A stretch of 64,000 nt of DNA. It comes from Ostrea edulis. Taxonomy: Eukaryota. Made by a program: the position numbers and the translations under genes. This document shows positions 24,201 to 39,200 of this stretch, in pieces (position 1 is the first letter of the stretch; each line of letters starts with the position of its first letter). The notes beneath the pieces are model-generated. The model had not been told where the DNA came from and searched no databases. It saw only the letters and a program-made list of their open reading frames with translations. The DNA is taken from positions 53,878,001-53,942,000 of the forward strand of contig NC_079172.1 in NCBI RefSeq assembly GCF_947568905.1, read 5' to 3'.

Positions 24201-27200
24201 GGTCCACACTGTGAACAAGGTTAGCTCTTGTATTATCCCTTTCACTCTGTACAAAGACCACGCTACGACCTTAAACATTGCTAGATCGTCGAAAGTGTTC
24301 GCAGTGTCATGGTAAGTTCTTCGGGCGTGTTAAGAATGTAGTGGGGTCGCAATTGCGCGGGGTAGAACATGATAGAACTACGATTGATCTGATAATGCAC
24401 ACCATTGTGGTAGTAACATTGTTTCTGGGTCGTGGAGAGATTGAAGGGTATGTGTTGCTTCATAGCAAAATGTAGGGTAGATGATTTGATCTTAATAGTT
24501 TAAAGGACACATCTCGTGTTTTCAAAGTATACAGAATTATATGTATTTTGTCTTCCTTATGCTTATAGAAATAAATTGTAATAGTTCGTTCGCTGAAGTA
24601 TTGCGATAATTAGCCACAATACGGACTTAAATCTAAGCCCTGATTTCAAAAAGCCTAGTTAATTAGATAGGTAGTCACGTGGTACAGTGACGTCATATGC
24701 GACCTTCGTCGATCAACTTGTTGTAAAAGTATTGTTAGATATGTTTAAAAACTCGGGTTTTAGGGGGCCTAATTTATTTATCATGGATAACATTTATTTC
24801 GATGTTGACAAATTTCCTGAGTCTTATATCTTTTAGCCACCAGTGCATACAAATAACGACCCAAATGTAGCGAGGAAAGCGGGTATGAAATCCGCATTTT
24901 GCGAGTAAATGATGTTTACATGGGATCACTGTCTAAACACTATTTGGTAATATCATTTCTGTAAACAACTGTAATTAGAGTTGTTGCTTTTCTAAAATAA
25001 ACAGTGCAATTATTATTAAATTTATTTTTGGAGAAGTTAGATAGGCCTAAATTATGATACGATTACGTATCATTGGCAACTAGCTAGTACTACTGTCACG
25101 GGTGCATTTCGGAAAAAAATAATAAAAATGATCAAACTTATTGTGAAAATCACAATACTTTTAAATTTTTTATTCAAGAAATTTTATTAATCATTATTAT
25201 TTTTTATCTACACGTTGTTACTTAGGAAGTGGGAGCGCGGCATGCTGTTGTTGTAAACACGTACACGTGTTCCTTTAAAAAATGAAAGCATTATAATTCA
25301 ATTCAAAGTTGGGAAATATCATATTTTATTATTTATAATTGAAAGTTCAATTATCTTTTATATTTAAATTTCTTTTTTTAAACTACCAGTTGGTAGACAC
25401 GGCTAGCAAAGTTCTGCCTATATGTTGTTACAAGGTGAAGGTCAGTTGGTGCGAGTGTGTATTGAATTTGAGAGCAGAACGGAAAGCATATGCCGTAGGC
25501 CTATATGTAACAGTGCGTAGCTTCGATAGAACCATTTTCTCGCAGTTTATCTACGTCTTTGTCCAAGTGCTTGTTTGAAAAAGTACAGGGACCAATTCTA
25601 CTGGGTTTTTTAATGGCAAAATCGTTGTGCCGACAAAAAATATTCACGTCTTTTCACTCATACCTTCCTTCGAAAATTGAAGAAAACACAGTCCAAATCC
25701 TCTCTACTGACAGCAAGTACACCCTTAAACGGCACAAAACACCCTAATGCAGTGTTATTTACAAGCCGTTAATGTGATAATTGTTTGTTTGTCAATTAAA
25801 TCTAATCTGTTTATGAAATGGCTAACAACTGTTTTCAAATTGTCTCGCTCGAGGTCGCATATGACGTCACAGATAATGGCGCGTAAAATATCGAAGAAAA
25901 TATGCATATCGCAAGATTTGAATTTCATCGCTTTCAAACTCGAAAACTACGCAAACTGTTTCATTCAAAACACACGTAAAGTAGTTTTAGGCATGAAATG
26001 AATTAATTTTGCTGAAAAAAATAAAAAGTTTAAAAACATGCGATGTGTCCTTTAAGACAGGGTTGATTACCACTGCTTCTCACATGAGCTACAATCCTTT
26101 CACACTTGCACCGACGGTTACCCTCTGACGTAGATTCTACTATATCCATATTATGCACAATATGTACCTTCAGCGATATATTTATATAGATATAACCTTA
26201 TTAATTCAAAGGATAAAATTCTGTAGTTAAAATTATGTAAATTTATGAGTTATACTAAGGACATAGTCCAACCTCCAGGTTGATTAAGTAAACACTAATT
26301 GCGTATTTGATGATTTGTAGTGTATATATCTTACATGTTTTCTACACTGATGTTTAGTTTATGAGAATAAAGTCATTGTCACTGTCGCTAGGTCACTAGG
26401 GTCACTAGGATCGTATTACGCTCTCACTACTCGGCTTCTATGGTTATTCAACGTTGTCAACGCGACTATCAAAATTGTCGTCAATTCAGCTTTTCATTTG
26501 CCTTCCGAAAGCCAAACAGTTCAAAACTACTAACCAAAAAAAGTCTTAGGAATGCGGAAAAACTTTTGGAAGCAACGTCGTGATTGCCTTCAAAATGAAT
26601 TGTTTTGGCATTTTTCATGATTCCGTTATGATTATCGTTGGTAAACAAGGGTTTTCGGTTCACTCCCTTGGAAGGTTACGCCACCAAACTGTATTATAAT
26701 CTTATAGATTGTAGAATTTGAAGTTGTAGCGAAGTTTTCGTCCAGTGTGTAAGGGTTTATCTAATGATTCACTTAAGCATCTCATATAAAGTATGATTTC
26801 TTCATCGAAAGAGTGATGCACATTTTATTATAAGTTTTTCTCAGAATAACAAAAAGGGGGCTTCGTTTCCAAGTAACAGATTGGAGTCCAAAAAAGGATG
26901 GCATTTTGAAAAATAGATATTCTTGGCTTCTGTCCCCGAAAACAATATCAAGTTCTGACTAAGGGCCATTTTTAGCTATTCGTGGCTCTGGTTCTTTCGC
27001 AGTGATTTGGCGCATTATATACATTTATCCAATGAACGTGCCAAAAAGACTTAAATAGACGTTCTAATATTTTGAATAAAACATTAAAATCAAAAATGTT
27101 ATTTGTTAAATATTTTGATCCTTTTTTTCCCGGGAAAATACAAAACAATAATTGAAAGCTTCTCCCACTCTTTCGATGATGAAATCATATTTTCTGTGAG

Positions 27201-30200
27201 GAACTTTAACGAGTTATTAGCTAAGATTTAGATGTAGCGATCGACGTTAAAGGACAACATTCCATTTGAGAAAAATTCTGTTAGAGCGGGTTACATCTAT
27301 GGACACGCAGATTTTTTTTTAGATTTTTTTTTCCATGTTTTCATTTCTTTTTCTTTGGTTAGATTTGAATGAATGTCAGAATAAGCCTTGTAATAATGGA
27401 TTTTGCTGGAATACTAATGGAGGATATACCTGCTCTTGTTTCCAAGGATGGACCGGGATTCACTGTGATATTGGTATATCAATACATTACGTTTATATAC
27501 ATAGCTCAGTTTTTATCATTCTGTGTTTCTTTCTCCCGGCAAATAAAATCCCTCGCCCTGAATTTTATCCAGTACACGATCGTAAATTTAAATCATGTTT
27601 GAAATACCTACTGTAGATAGAAGTTAGTTACTTTTTTGCAGATGTGAATGAATGCCTGGCAACACCATGTATACACGGTACCTGCAGTAACACCTTAGGA
27701 TCGTATCAGTGTCGCTGTACTTCTGGGTGGAGCGGGGTTAACTGTGATATAGGTATAACATTACATCAGCCTTTATAGTGGTTCCTTCTGAATTAAAATA
27801 ATACTAGGGTGCACATCAATATGTAGTAACATGTATTGTTTGCAGAGTTAATATACTGCTTTAAATTTTGTAGATATCAACGAGTGCAATAACAATCCAT
27901 GCATCAATGGGTCCTGTACAAATACCCAGGGTTCCTATCAGTGTAATTGTCAGAACGGCTGGTCAGGAATCGATTGTGATTTAAGTATGTGAATTCCAGT
28001 AAATGTAATATCGTATAACTGGTAATCTCGGTGAATATCTTTCTCATAAATGTAGCTAATTCATGTTAAATGTATGTTTATTCTGTTTATCGGATGAAAA
28101 CGGAGGGTTCACGGGGTTGACACAGATCAACAGGGGATACTTACTCCTCCTAGGCACCTAATCCAACCTCTGGTGTGTCCTGGGGCCCGCGTTTGTCCTG
28201 CTCTCAATTTTGTATTCTTTATAGGAGTATGGAATTGATCCCTGTTCGTTAACTTCACTTTTTTAATGTAAAACTTATACGGTACCAATTTTGATGCACC
28301 AACTGCGCATTTCGACAAATAATGTCTCTTCAGTGATGCTCAACCGAAATGTTTGAAATCTGAAATAACAATGAAGTTTTAGAGCTATTATAGTCAAAAA
28401 CAGCGTGCCAAAAAAAGTGGAGTCAAATTCGTCTAAGGATAAGAACTATGCATGAGGGAGATAATCCTTAATTTTGAAATGAATTTCAAAATGTCATAAC
28501 AGCAATTAAATATACATCCGTATTTTCAAGCTAGTAACGAAGTACTTAGCTACTGGGCTGTAGAGACCCTCGGGGACTAACAGTCCACCAGCAGAGGCCT
28601 CGACCCAGGGGTCATAATGTAAAACTTATACGGTACCAATTTTGATGCACCAAATGTTAAGCTTTATTGTATTACAAATTTCATTCCTATAAGGGGAAAT
28701 TTTAGAGCCTTCATTCCTGGTGAAGTTTTTGACATCCATCCAAAAACCTGATAAAAATTGCTCGGCATGCGGTATATAAAAACAAAACAGCATATATGTT
28801 TTAAAAAGTGGCGTTTTGTCTTAAATGATTTGTTAGTGTACAGTTTATGTGTTCTCATCGTGTGGTCATTTGAAAGTAGAAAAATGTGTCTATACATCGA
28901 AAACTTTGCAGTGAATGGTGAATGTTGGACTATTACAATAAACCAATGGAAAGAGATCAACCCTGATAATAGTCATACATAATTTATCATAATGAAATAT
29001 GGAGCATATGTAGACAGGAATTGTTTCTTTTTATTTAAGATATAAATGAGTGTGTTTCCGGCCCTTGTCAACATGGCGGAGTCTGTCAAGATCTACCTGG
29101 ATCATTCATCTGCAGCTGCCCCGTTGGATGGACTGGACAGTACTGCGATCTTGGTATGTAAAGCATGGTTGCTTCATATTTTTAAATTACAAGCATGGCT
29201 TTGAATTTGATCACGAATTGTAACTCTTGTATGTTGCATTCAGTATCAATAAGCTAGTGACAAAAAATTGCAATTTTGGCGATGTCTAGTTCATTTACCA
29301 CCAAGACTACGTACGTTTGAAGTTAAACTCCTTGTATAATCAAAATGATTCATGTTTTCATTTAATCTAGAAAGATCTTTTCTAGATGGAGGTAAACAAA
29401 AATGTAGAAAATATACTACATGCAATATGACACAAATAGTTGTCTCTAAGGTTAACTCTATTATATCGAATCATTGAATTATTAGACATTTTCTATCGGT
29501 TTTCTTTCATTAAAAAGTGATTGTTAAAATGTTAAGATCGTGTAATAACAGGGATATAAAAGAACATTTTACAACTTTTTGAACTAATTTGGTGTCTCTT
29601 TACTGGAAATTTTTTACCAGGACTTCGATTCTGAAGGCTGAAGAAAAATCTAATATCCACCTTCAGTGAATTTGCATTATTTTAATACCCAATCTAGTAT
29701 GTTTAACTTTTGTTTTGAGTTTTTCAGAGAACGTCCTCTTTATTACAGAGACTATGCAGATGATAAGGAAATTATTGAATCGATAATGTTCTTTTTAATA
29801 GATATAGATGAGTGTCAATATGGCCCATGTCAGCATAACTCGGTCTGTAGCAATGCTCTAGGTGGATACCGATGTGACTGCACTCAAGGATGGACTGGTC
29901 AAAACTGTGAAAGTGGTAAGTTCAAATTCTGCGTTCAGTATATAATTGTTTTCTGTTGGCAAGAAATGGACATATTATTGGTCAGCATTGAATGAATTAG
30001 GATATTATATTTACCATTACCAAAGTGGGATGCTGGTATATATCTGAAATAATCTACAAATATTATAATTCGTCGTCAAATTCAACGGTGGAGTTTACAT
30101 TAGATATCTTTCATCTGCGAAAAATGCCACCTCATTTGTGGGTGAAAATCAAGTGTTATCATTAGAAATACCAACTCCATTATTATACTCATAGACATTT

Positions 30201-33200
30201 AGAGAAAATGACGGGATGAAAATTGTGTAAACCGCTTTTGTGACTTTGATTACAGATGTAAACGAGTGTGAGCAATTCGTTTGTCAAAATGGTGGATTAT
30301 GTGCCAATGTAAATGGATCATATTTGTGTCAGTGTCCGGATGGATGGACAGGACTACATTGTGAACAAGGTAAATATTCAAAGGACCATACATTTCAGAA
30401 ACTGGTAGATATAGGATAAGTGTGTGTTAAACATAGTGAAAGTGTTAACTCATCGGGTTTTCTCACAAGGCATAATTGTAGTTTCTGACAACAAGAATGT
30501 TTTGTTTCACTTGTCTTTGGTGTTGAATTTATGCACAGAATATTATAATCGATCAACATTTGCAATGTAAACAAAAGAATATGCTACTTTGACATATACT
30601 GATGATGCACGGTGCCTAACATACAGTAATCGCACTTGATACATAGATAAAGACGAATGTGCAGAAGGCAGATGTCAGCACAATGCACAGTGCTACAATA
30701 GTGATGGATCATATGTGTGCATTTGTCCAAAGGAATGGCAGGGCCGAAATTGTGAAATTGGTAAGATACAATTGTTTTAGGAAATTCCAGAAAAATATAT
30801 CTCGTTTTCTTGTGGGGAATTTAGGGCCAATCATTACAGTAAACAGATTTTTATTAAGTGGTACCATGATTTCGAGAATTGAAAAAAATATTCTTAACAA
30901 TTTATTTTCATTCGAGTTAGATCTTCGGGGACACGCGGAATCCATGAAAACTGAAACATCGCGAATGATTATGACCCCTCAATAGTTTTCTTTCTTTTTT
31001 ACCTTAGATGTAGATGAATGTTTGACATCACCATGCTTGAACGGTGGATCCTGTCAGAATCTTCCCGGTTCGTATGTCTGTCAATGCACACAGAACTGGG
31101 CGGGGCAAATTTGCCAACAAGGTAAAGGATTTGAACACTTTTCTGTACTATTCCACTGAATTATAAATTGTTTATACTCAATATGCGCATCATACATAAT
31201 AATTTAATTCCATTGATGTATGCACGTGCAGATATCGACGAATGTTTGGCTCCCCCTTGTCAAAATGGTGGATTTTGTCAAAATACACTTGGAAATTATT
31301 CATGTACCTGCAGAGGTGGATGGACTGGTATTCATTGTGAAAATGGTAGAATTTTTATTTGAACTACACAAAATTGAATTCCCAATGCCTTAAAATTTGA
31401 ATAATTTGACTCTTGATTATATTGATGTTTTCAGATATCAATGAATGTCTGCTGAATAATGTATGTGAAAATGGAGGCTTTTGCATCAATACAGCTGGCT
31501 ATTACCAGTGCCAGTGTCCCCCACAATGGACAGGAGATAATTGCGAAGTGGATGTCAACGAATGCTCAGACACGCCATGTTTACATGGATCTGCGTGTAC
31601 CAATAACAATGGATCTTATGCCTGTATTTGCCGTCCTGGATGGATTGGAACGCGTTGTGAATCGGATATAAATGAATGCAATACACCAAATCAATGCAGA
31701 AATGGAGGAAAATGTACAAATATTGAAGGATCTTTCAATTGCGCATGCCCTCTGGGCTGGACGGGGGAAACATGTCAACTTGATGTCGACGAATGTCCTT
31801 CTCGTCCCTGCATGCATGGTGGAATCTGCACGAATCTTCTTGGGTCTTATCAATGTCAATGCCAAACTGGATGGACGGGGGCTAACTGTGAGCAAGATGT
31901 AAACGAATGCTTGAGTCAGTCGTCTTGTTTTAATGGTGGACTTTGTACCAATACCCAGGGTTCCTTTTTCTGTACTTGTGGGATAGGATGGACTGGGAAT
32001 GACTGTAGTCAGAATATCAATGAATGTTTGCAGAATCCATGCCAGCACAACGCCACCTGTGTTGACCTACAGGGTTATTACAAGTGTCAGTGTGACAGTG
32101 GTTATGCTGGATATAACTGTGAACTGGATAAGAATGAGTGCGATAACAGCCCCTGCCTTCACCAGTCCACCTGTATTAATTTGATGGGTTCTTATTTATG
32201 TATCTGCCAAGCAGGTTGGACTGGAAATAACTGTCAATTAGGTAAATTAACTCTACATTTATCATTAAGGTTTCACTTTCATTATTACAACAGGGATTCG
32301 AAGAGTGTAAAACACGTATTACGAAGGATTTTGATACTCAGTACATAATTTTGTAGAATCTAATGGTTCTAAAAAGTTCAACAATTGCCCATCTCCCTGT
32401 GGGGTTGGACTTGATTTTACTCAGATATTTGTTACTGATGTGGCGGTTTCTCTTTAACAGACAAAGATGAATGCAGTAGCGATCCTTGTCAGAACGGCGG
32501 AACCTGTATCAACAGAAATGGATCTTACCAGTGCAGCTGTACCCCGGGTTGGACAGGAACAAATTGTACTACAGGTAACGAAGAAAAATAATATGCATCG
32601 ATAAAGAATCATTCTGTCTGATATTGGTCGACTTATTTGAATACGTAGTGTAATCTTCTACACATATTGTATAACCGTTGTGGATCAAGATTTTGTTTCA
32701 AAATACATGTATATTACGAAATTAAAATTTTCTTTTTATTATTGCTTTTTGAATCTCTATATGCGTTCAATGATTTAAACAACTCTAATGCTGGTGTATG
32801 AAATTTATATACATGTACTTTCCATAGAATATAAGGTATTGTAAGTATAATGATCTCCATAACATAAACATTTCAACATATAACATTATCTAGAAGACGA
32901 ATAAATCATAATTGCTATGTATACCAAGATCAGATTGACTTACATATGAAAAGTATATCCTTGCAGATGTTGACGAATGTCAGGCGAGGCCTTGTAAGAA
33001 TGGCGGAACCTGCTTAAACACCTATGGATCTTACGTGTGTACTTGTCCGTTGGGATGGACAGGTTTGAACTGTGAAAGTGGTAAAGTTCTAGTTCATATA
33101 CATACTAAATACATTGTGACATCATACTTATTTTCTCATACTTTACGGCCGTCAGTGAATCTGTTTTAGAATTTGTTATTTTCAAGAATAGTGGTAGTGA

Positions 33201-36200
33201 TTAAGTGGTCGTTTCGTAACCGGGAGGTCGTGAGTTCGAGCCCCGCTCGTGTCATTTAAGAGAACCACAGGTCTTTTGGATATGACCTTTTAAAACGGAG
33301 GTCTCGTATCGCTACAGGCGTTAGCACTTTCAAAAACGCCAAGCATACGTCTAAATTTGTGGTACTTCACCTACAACTATTGACGTCTCACTATGAGTTC
33401 AAAATTCTCGATGAGACGTAAAACAACCAACATTATTGTAAAGAGAAAACAGTTTTAAAATCAATAATTTACATCTTTATTTATGTGTCAATGAAAATAC
33501 TTCATTGCTGACGTTCATGACAAACATGACGTAAAAGCAAACATTTCCTGATGTTTATAGCTAACTCCGAAGTACATAAATGTATGATGATAAACACCAA
33601 GATATTGAATGAATAAACAGACTGCGCCAAATAATTTTATGACATTTTGAATTTGTCGGAATAAGAACACATGCAGCTCTTCGAGTATAAGACTTGCTCA
33701 GATGTAGTTATCTTATCTTGACAGAATTCCACGATTGTCTCTCGGATACTTGTCTAAATGGCGGAACGTGTTATGATCGACCTGGAACCTTCTTTTGTGC
33801 TTGTCCCCCAGGATTTGCAGGACAGATCTGTGAAAATGGTCAGAATATGAAGAATATTCAGATAATTTGTAATAAATAAACAGCCAACTATACTTCCTTC
33901 CAAGATTCTGAATGAAACATCACATGTAATTGCATATTTTCATAGATTGCTTATTAAAGGAAATGTTATGTCTTACTATCCATCTGTAAAAGCATGCTTT
34001 ATTATGGAAAACTGCATCATATTTGATGTAAGCCAATTCATATTGATCTTTTTTTACATTTTGAATTAGACATTAACGAGTGTTCAGACCCGCTATCATG
34101 TGTACATGGTACGTGCAGCAATGGTTATGGTTCCTTTGTTTGCCAGTGTTATCAGGGCTGGACAGGAGCAAATTGTGACATTGGTTAGTGTGAAAAGAAG
34201 AGGCATTACGTAGTTCAGATACAATAGATACACATATCCTTAGTTTCAAATACTCAAATACAAGTATTATTGAAATGATGTTACTTTGCCTAAATTGAAG
34301 TATGCAAAATATTAAATGATTCTCCATTTCAATGTTTACAGATGTAAATGAATGCTTGACAACACCTTGTAGAAATGGAGGAACTTGTTTAAACATGGCT
34401 GGATCTTACTCGTGTGCTTGCTCACAAGGATGGAAAGGTCGAAACTGTTCAGAAGGTAGATTATTACCACTGTGAATCATTTGTTTGTTATTTGGTTTGG
34501 AATTATAACTGGCATGCTAAGCTGGTAGTAACCCTCTCTTTTAAACAGACATAAACGAATGTGTCACCTCGCCATGTATCCACGGCTCGTGTAATAACCT
34601 ACCCGGAACATTCCAGTGTGTTTGTGATAACGGATGGACGGGACAATTTTGTGATCAAAGTATGAATACAATTGAACGAAGTTAAATCTGTAAAGCATTT
34701 ATACTTGACGCATTCAATAATGAATTCTAAGCAGGATACATTACTAGCGAAGTATTATGTGGTGTTTTTTTTACTAGATGTGGATGACTGTTTGAACAAC
34801 CCATGCCAGAATGGCGGAACATGTGTAGATAAGGCAGACTCGCACACTTGTTTGTGTGTGGCGGGATGGACAGGACAGAACTGTACTATAGGTTATAAGA
34901 TTACTAATATCGCTAACAGTCAGTGCGTATCGTTGGTGTCGTGTATACTTTTTGCCGGGATAAATTCAAATCTGTGCGAATTTAGATTTATTTATTACCC
35001 TAAAGTAGTAATAAATGGATCAGACCAATTTAATTAAAACGGGATCAAATCGTTTTTCCAGTGCGTCAGGGCAAAACTAATATGGGGCGAAAATTTAATC
35101 GCAATGCTCTCTGTAGTTGTCATTTTAATTACTTGCTTCAAAGGACAATAATTACCCTGTTACATGACATCTTATTAAAACTGTTGCACAAATCCAGCTT
35201 AAGAAAAACAGCCAAAACTCTTAGTATGATTCATCTATATTGTATATCCTATATATGATATTGATCACTGTTCGTGATCTTCACCTTTCATATTATTGTA
35301 TTGTAGATGTGAACGAATGTATTGCCTCTCCTTGTGTACATGGGTCCTGTAGTAACATTTTGGGTTCATTTTCCTGTAGTTGTCAATCCGGCTGGTCGGG
35401 AAGACTCTGTGATAAAGGTATTCTGATAACTGAAGATTTGAATGGTCTCATTTTGAATTGGTTGTGTAATCTTTCAGTCTCAACACTTTTCTGTCACATG
35501 ACCAGATATTCTTTGTATTGTCCAATGATTTCAGACATCAATGAATGTTTAACCTCTCCCTGTGTCCACGGCTCGTGTAATAACTTAGCTGGGTCCTTCC
35601 TCTGTAACTGTAATGCTGGATGGACAGGCGCTCTGTGTGACATCGGTATTTATTGATATTCAATATATTATTCAAATTATCTTCTATCACACCGTCAGTA
35701 TACACATTTCTGGAATTTTCTTTTTTTGTGTTATCTTATTGTTTCGTAACATGAAATATACCCAACGTTTCCAAAGACATGTATGTTAAACATTTCACAT
35801 TGCAAAGAGTTTATGTGGCAAACAATTTTGAGATCTATAAACATGTAAACATATGTTTCGAAATTTGCTTTTATTTTTCATAGATGTAAATGAGTGCACG
35901 AATTTTCCCTGTGTCCATGGTACATGTGGTAATTCTGCCGGGTCATTTGAATGTACATGTGATCTAGGCTGGTCGGGAACTGTTTGTGATCAAGGTAATG
36001 CTCATGATAACTGACCGGAAGTGGATAAAAGTTTAAATTCCATTTTCCTTATTGTTTTGGTATCTCACAATATCCTTATATGAACATTCTTTAAATATTT
36101 CTTGATGTTTGAACATTATCAATGATAAAACCTACAGCAAGAAAATATAAACATTAACCTAATACCATATTAAAATATTTCATGTGAGGGAGAGTATTTC

Positions 36201-39200
36201 ATGTGAGGGAGAGTATTTAATGCGGTTTCATACTGACATGACGTCATATAAGGATTATGAGGTTGCAACAACTATATGAGTAAATGTATCTGATTGAACA
36301 GCCGATCAGCCACACAAAGAAAGATTTATCAAACTTTCACAGATACAATAAAAAAGATGCTGTGCTTGCAATGTTCATTCTGATTAAAAGTAACTTGAGT
36401 AATAGCCCTACCTTAAGAATTGCAACAACTTCATTTATTAAGTCTCAAGTTGTATTATGTGCAGAATGCAAACTCTAGTTGGTTTTTAGGGGCAGTGAAC
36501 GTTTTCTTTCTTCATTGATGAATTAATACTCGTTTCCATTCCTAGATATAAATGAATGTTTAAGCACTCCCTGTGTACATGGTACCTGCACCAATAAGTT
36601 AGGATCTTTCCAGTGTTCCTGTGAACTAGGATGGACGGGAACTATGTGTGACCAAGGTATATGTACTGATCATTCAATCGTGCTAAACCAGACTTACATA
36701 GAGAAACCGATCCCTGAAAAGATGTATCGCTATATGTATCTTCTAAATATAAAATACAAATACAGTAAAAAAAAATTGTATTTCATTTTTATGAAGATTA
36801 TATACAATGTATATTCTATGCAGTATACAACTTCTGTTATTTAACTTTTGTCGGTGAAAATGAACAAGAACGCTAATTTTATTCATTCATCAATACTAAT
36901 ACATCTAATTTAGTGTTTCTCTTGTATAAATGTAAATGAATACTCTGTTGCCCTTTCTAGATATAAATGAATGTTTAAGCACTCCCTGTGTACATGGTAC
37001 CTGCACCAATAAGTTAGGATCTTTCCAGTGTTCCTGTGAATTAGGATGGACTGGGTCTCTGTGTGACCAAGGTATATATGAATATATATCAATTTTCATC
37101 ACTCAGCATAACAAAGATTTCCCCTGCATGATGAAATTTTTCTTTCTTTTTTTATTCTTGATTTAACTTATCAACCATCGGTTTCTTATTCTCAAAATCT
37201 ACAATTTAGACTGTCTATACAGTACTGTTGTTTAGCAAATGAGAAGAAAATGTTTTCCCATTATATTGTATTTCATATGTCTTTTTCGATGTTATAGATA
37301 TCAACGAGTGTTTACTACTTCCGTGTGTCCATGGGAAATGCAGCAACAATATTGGATCCTTTAAGTGTACGTGTGATACAGGATGGACTGGAAATCTGTG
37401 TGAAATAGGTGATTATGCAAATAGTATTACTTCAATTAACAAAATGTCTGCACTTTCATTGCTTCCAAAATTAAATGAACAAGAATGTCGTACATTCTTG
37501 GAATATATATCAAGAAGTGTCAGACATTTTCGTGTATGAGCGGTCTCTATTTGAACAACTAATTACAATGAGCGTTATGTAATCAATGAATTTAATAAGC
37601 ATGATCTGGAAACGTATAAAGCACAAAACATTTCGGTGATTGGCAGTGATTACTTTGCTTCCGCACAGAATATACTGGTTGTTGCTTGTAATAGTGCTCA
37701 CCACATTCTGAATATGACGTTCCTTACAGATATTGATCACTGCTCCCTGAGACCGTGTATCCATGGCGCGTGTACAGACACTGGCTCCACGTATAGCTGT
37801 ACTTGCGATCCAGGCTGGACCGGACAAAATTGTAGCCAAGGTGATCCCAAGATATACTAAACTTATTGTTAGGTCATCTGACTAAACTCAGGTGACGTAT
37901 TGCAATTGGTTCTCGTCCGTCGTCGTGCGTCGTCCGTCATGCGTTACCACTTGAACATTTTTAACTTCTTCTTGATAACCTCTATTCCAATTCTTTCAAA
38001 TTTGATATGAAGCATCTTTGGGACAAGGGGGATATAAATTGTAAATTTCAAGACTCCTGCACCATTGGGTCTAAGGTTGGGGCAAAAACTGCCCGAAGTT
38101 GACGAATTTTCAAAACTCTTCTTATCCACACATGTGTAAGAAAAACTAAATGCATAAAAATGTAGAGCAAGAAGTTCTCTGCCAAAATTGTAAAATTGAT
38201 GATCCCCGGGTGGGGGTTCTGATCCCAGGACGGGGCCAAACTTTGTATTTAGTGTTTTTGTGTAAAACACTTATATAACATCTTCTTTAGTGCTATTGAT
38301 ACAAAATTGAACCTAAATGGATTTTAGATAGAGCAGGTAGTCCTTTACCAAAATTGTAAATTTGATTATCCCAATGGTAATGATTTTGGTATCAGGGTGG
38401 GGCCAATATGGTCAGTTATGAAATGAATGAACAATAAAAATTTTTAACCTCTTGATAACTACCATTCCAACTCTTTTCAAATTTGGTATGAAGCATCTTT
38501 GGGACAAGGGGGACATAAATTGTAAATTTCAGGACCCCTGCACACCTGGGGGTGGCAAAAACTGCCCAAAATTGACAAATTTTCAAAAATCTTATTTTCT
38601 ACAACCGCACATGAGCAAGAAAAACTAAATGCATATTGATGTAGAGTAGGAAGGCCTCTACCAAAATTGTAAATTTCATGATCCCCGGGGTAGGGGTTCT
38701 GAACGCCAGCGTGGGGTCAAACTTAGTATATAGTGTTTATGTGTAAAACATTTAAATAACATCTTCTGATAGTGCTATTGATACTAAATTGAAACTAGAT
38801 GGAGTTGGTATTTAGGAGTAAGTGGTACTTTACCAAAATTGTAAATTCCATGATCCTTGAAGTTAAGGGTTTGGTTTCGGGGTGGTGTCAAAATTATGAT
38901 AACAATTTGAAGGACTTCTTTAAGTTTGCTGACATTGTATTAAAGGTGTAGATAACGAACAGTGGTCAATCTCGTAAATCCCATAAGCAATACAAAATAG
39001 GTAGTTGGGCAAACACGGACCCCTGGACACACCAGAGGTTGGATCAGGTGCCTGGGAGTATAAAATCTAAATGCATACTCAGGAATAGCAGAAAAGTATG
39101 TACAAAAGATGGCGAATTTCACAACCCAAGGTTTTTACTCTAGGATGGGTCCAAATTAGTCATATCTTTAATACAATTGACTGCTCAATATTTTGGATTT

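Noticed and set aside
33190-33270. Genuine tRNA gene
   Set aside because: There are A/B boxes but no complete cloverleaf, and it continues into a SINE body.
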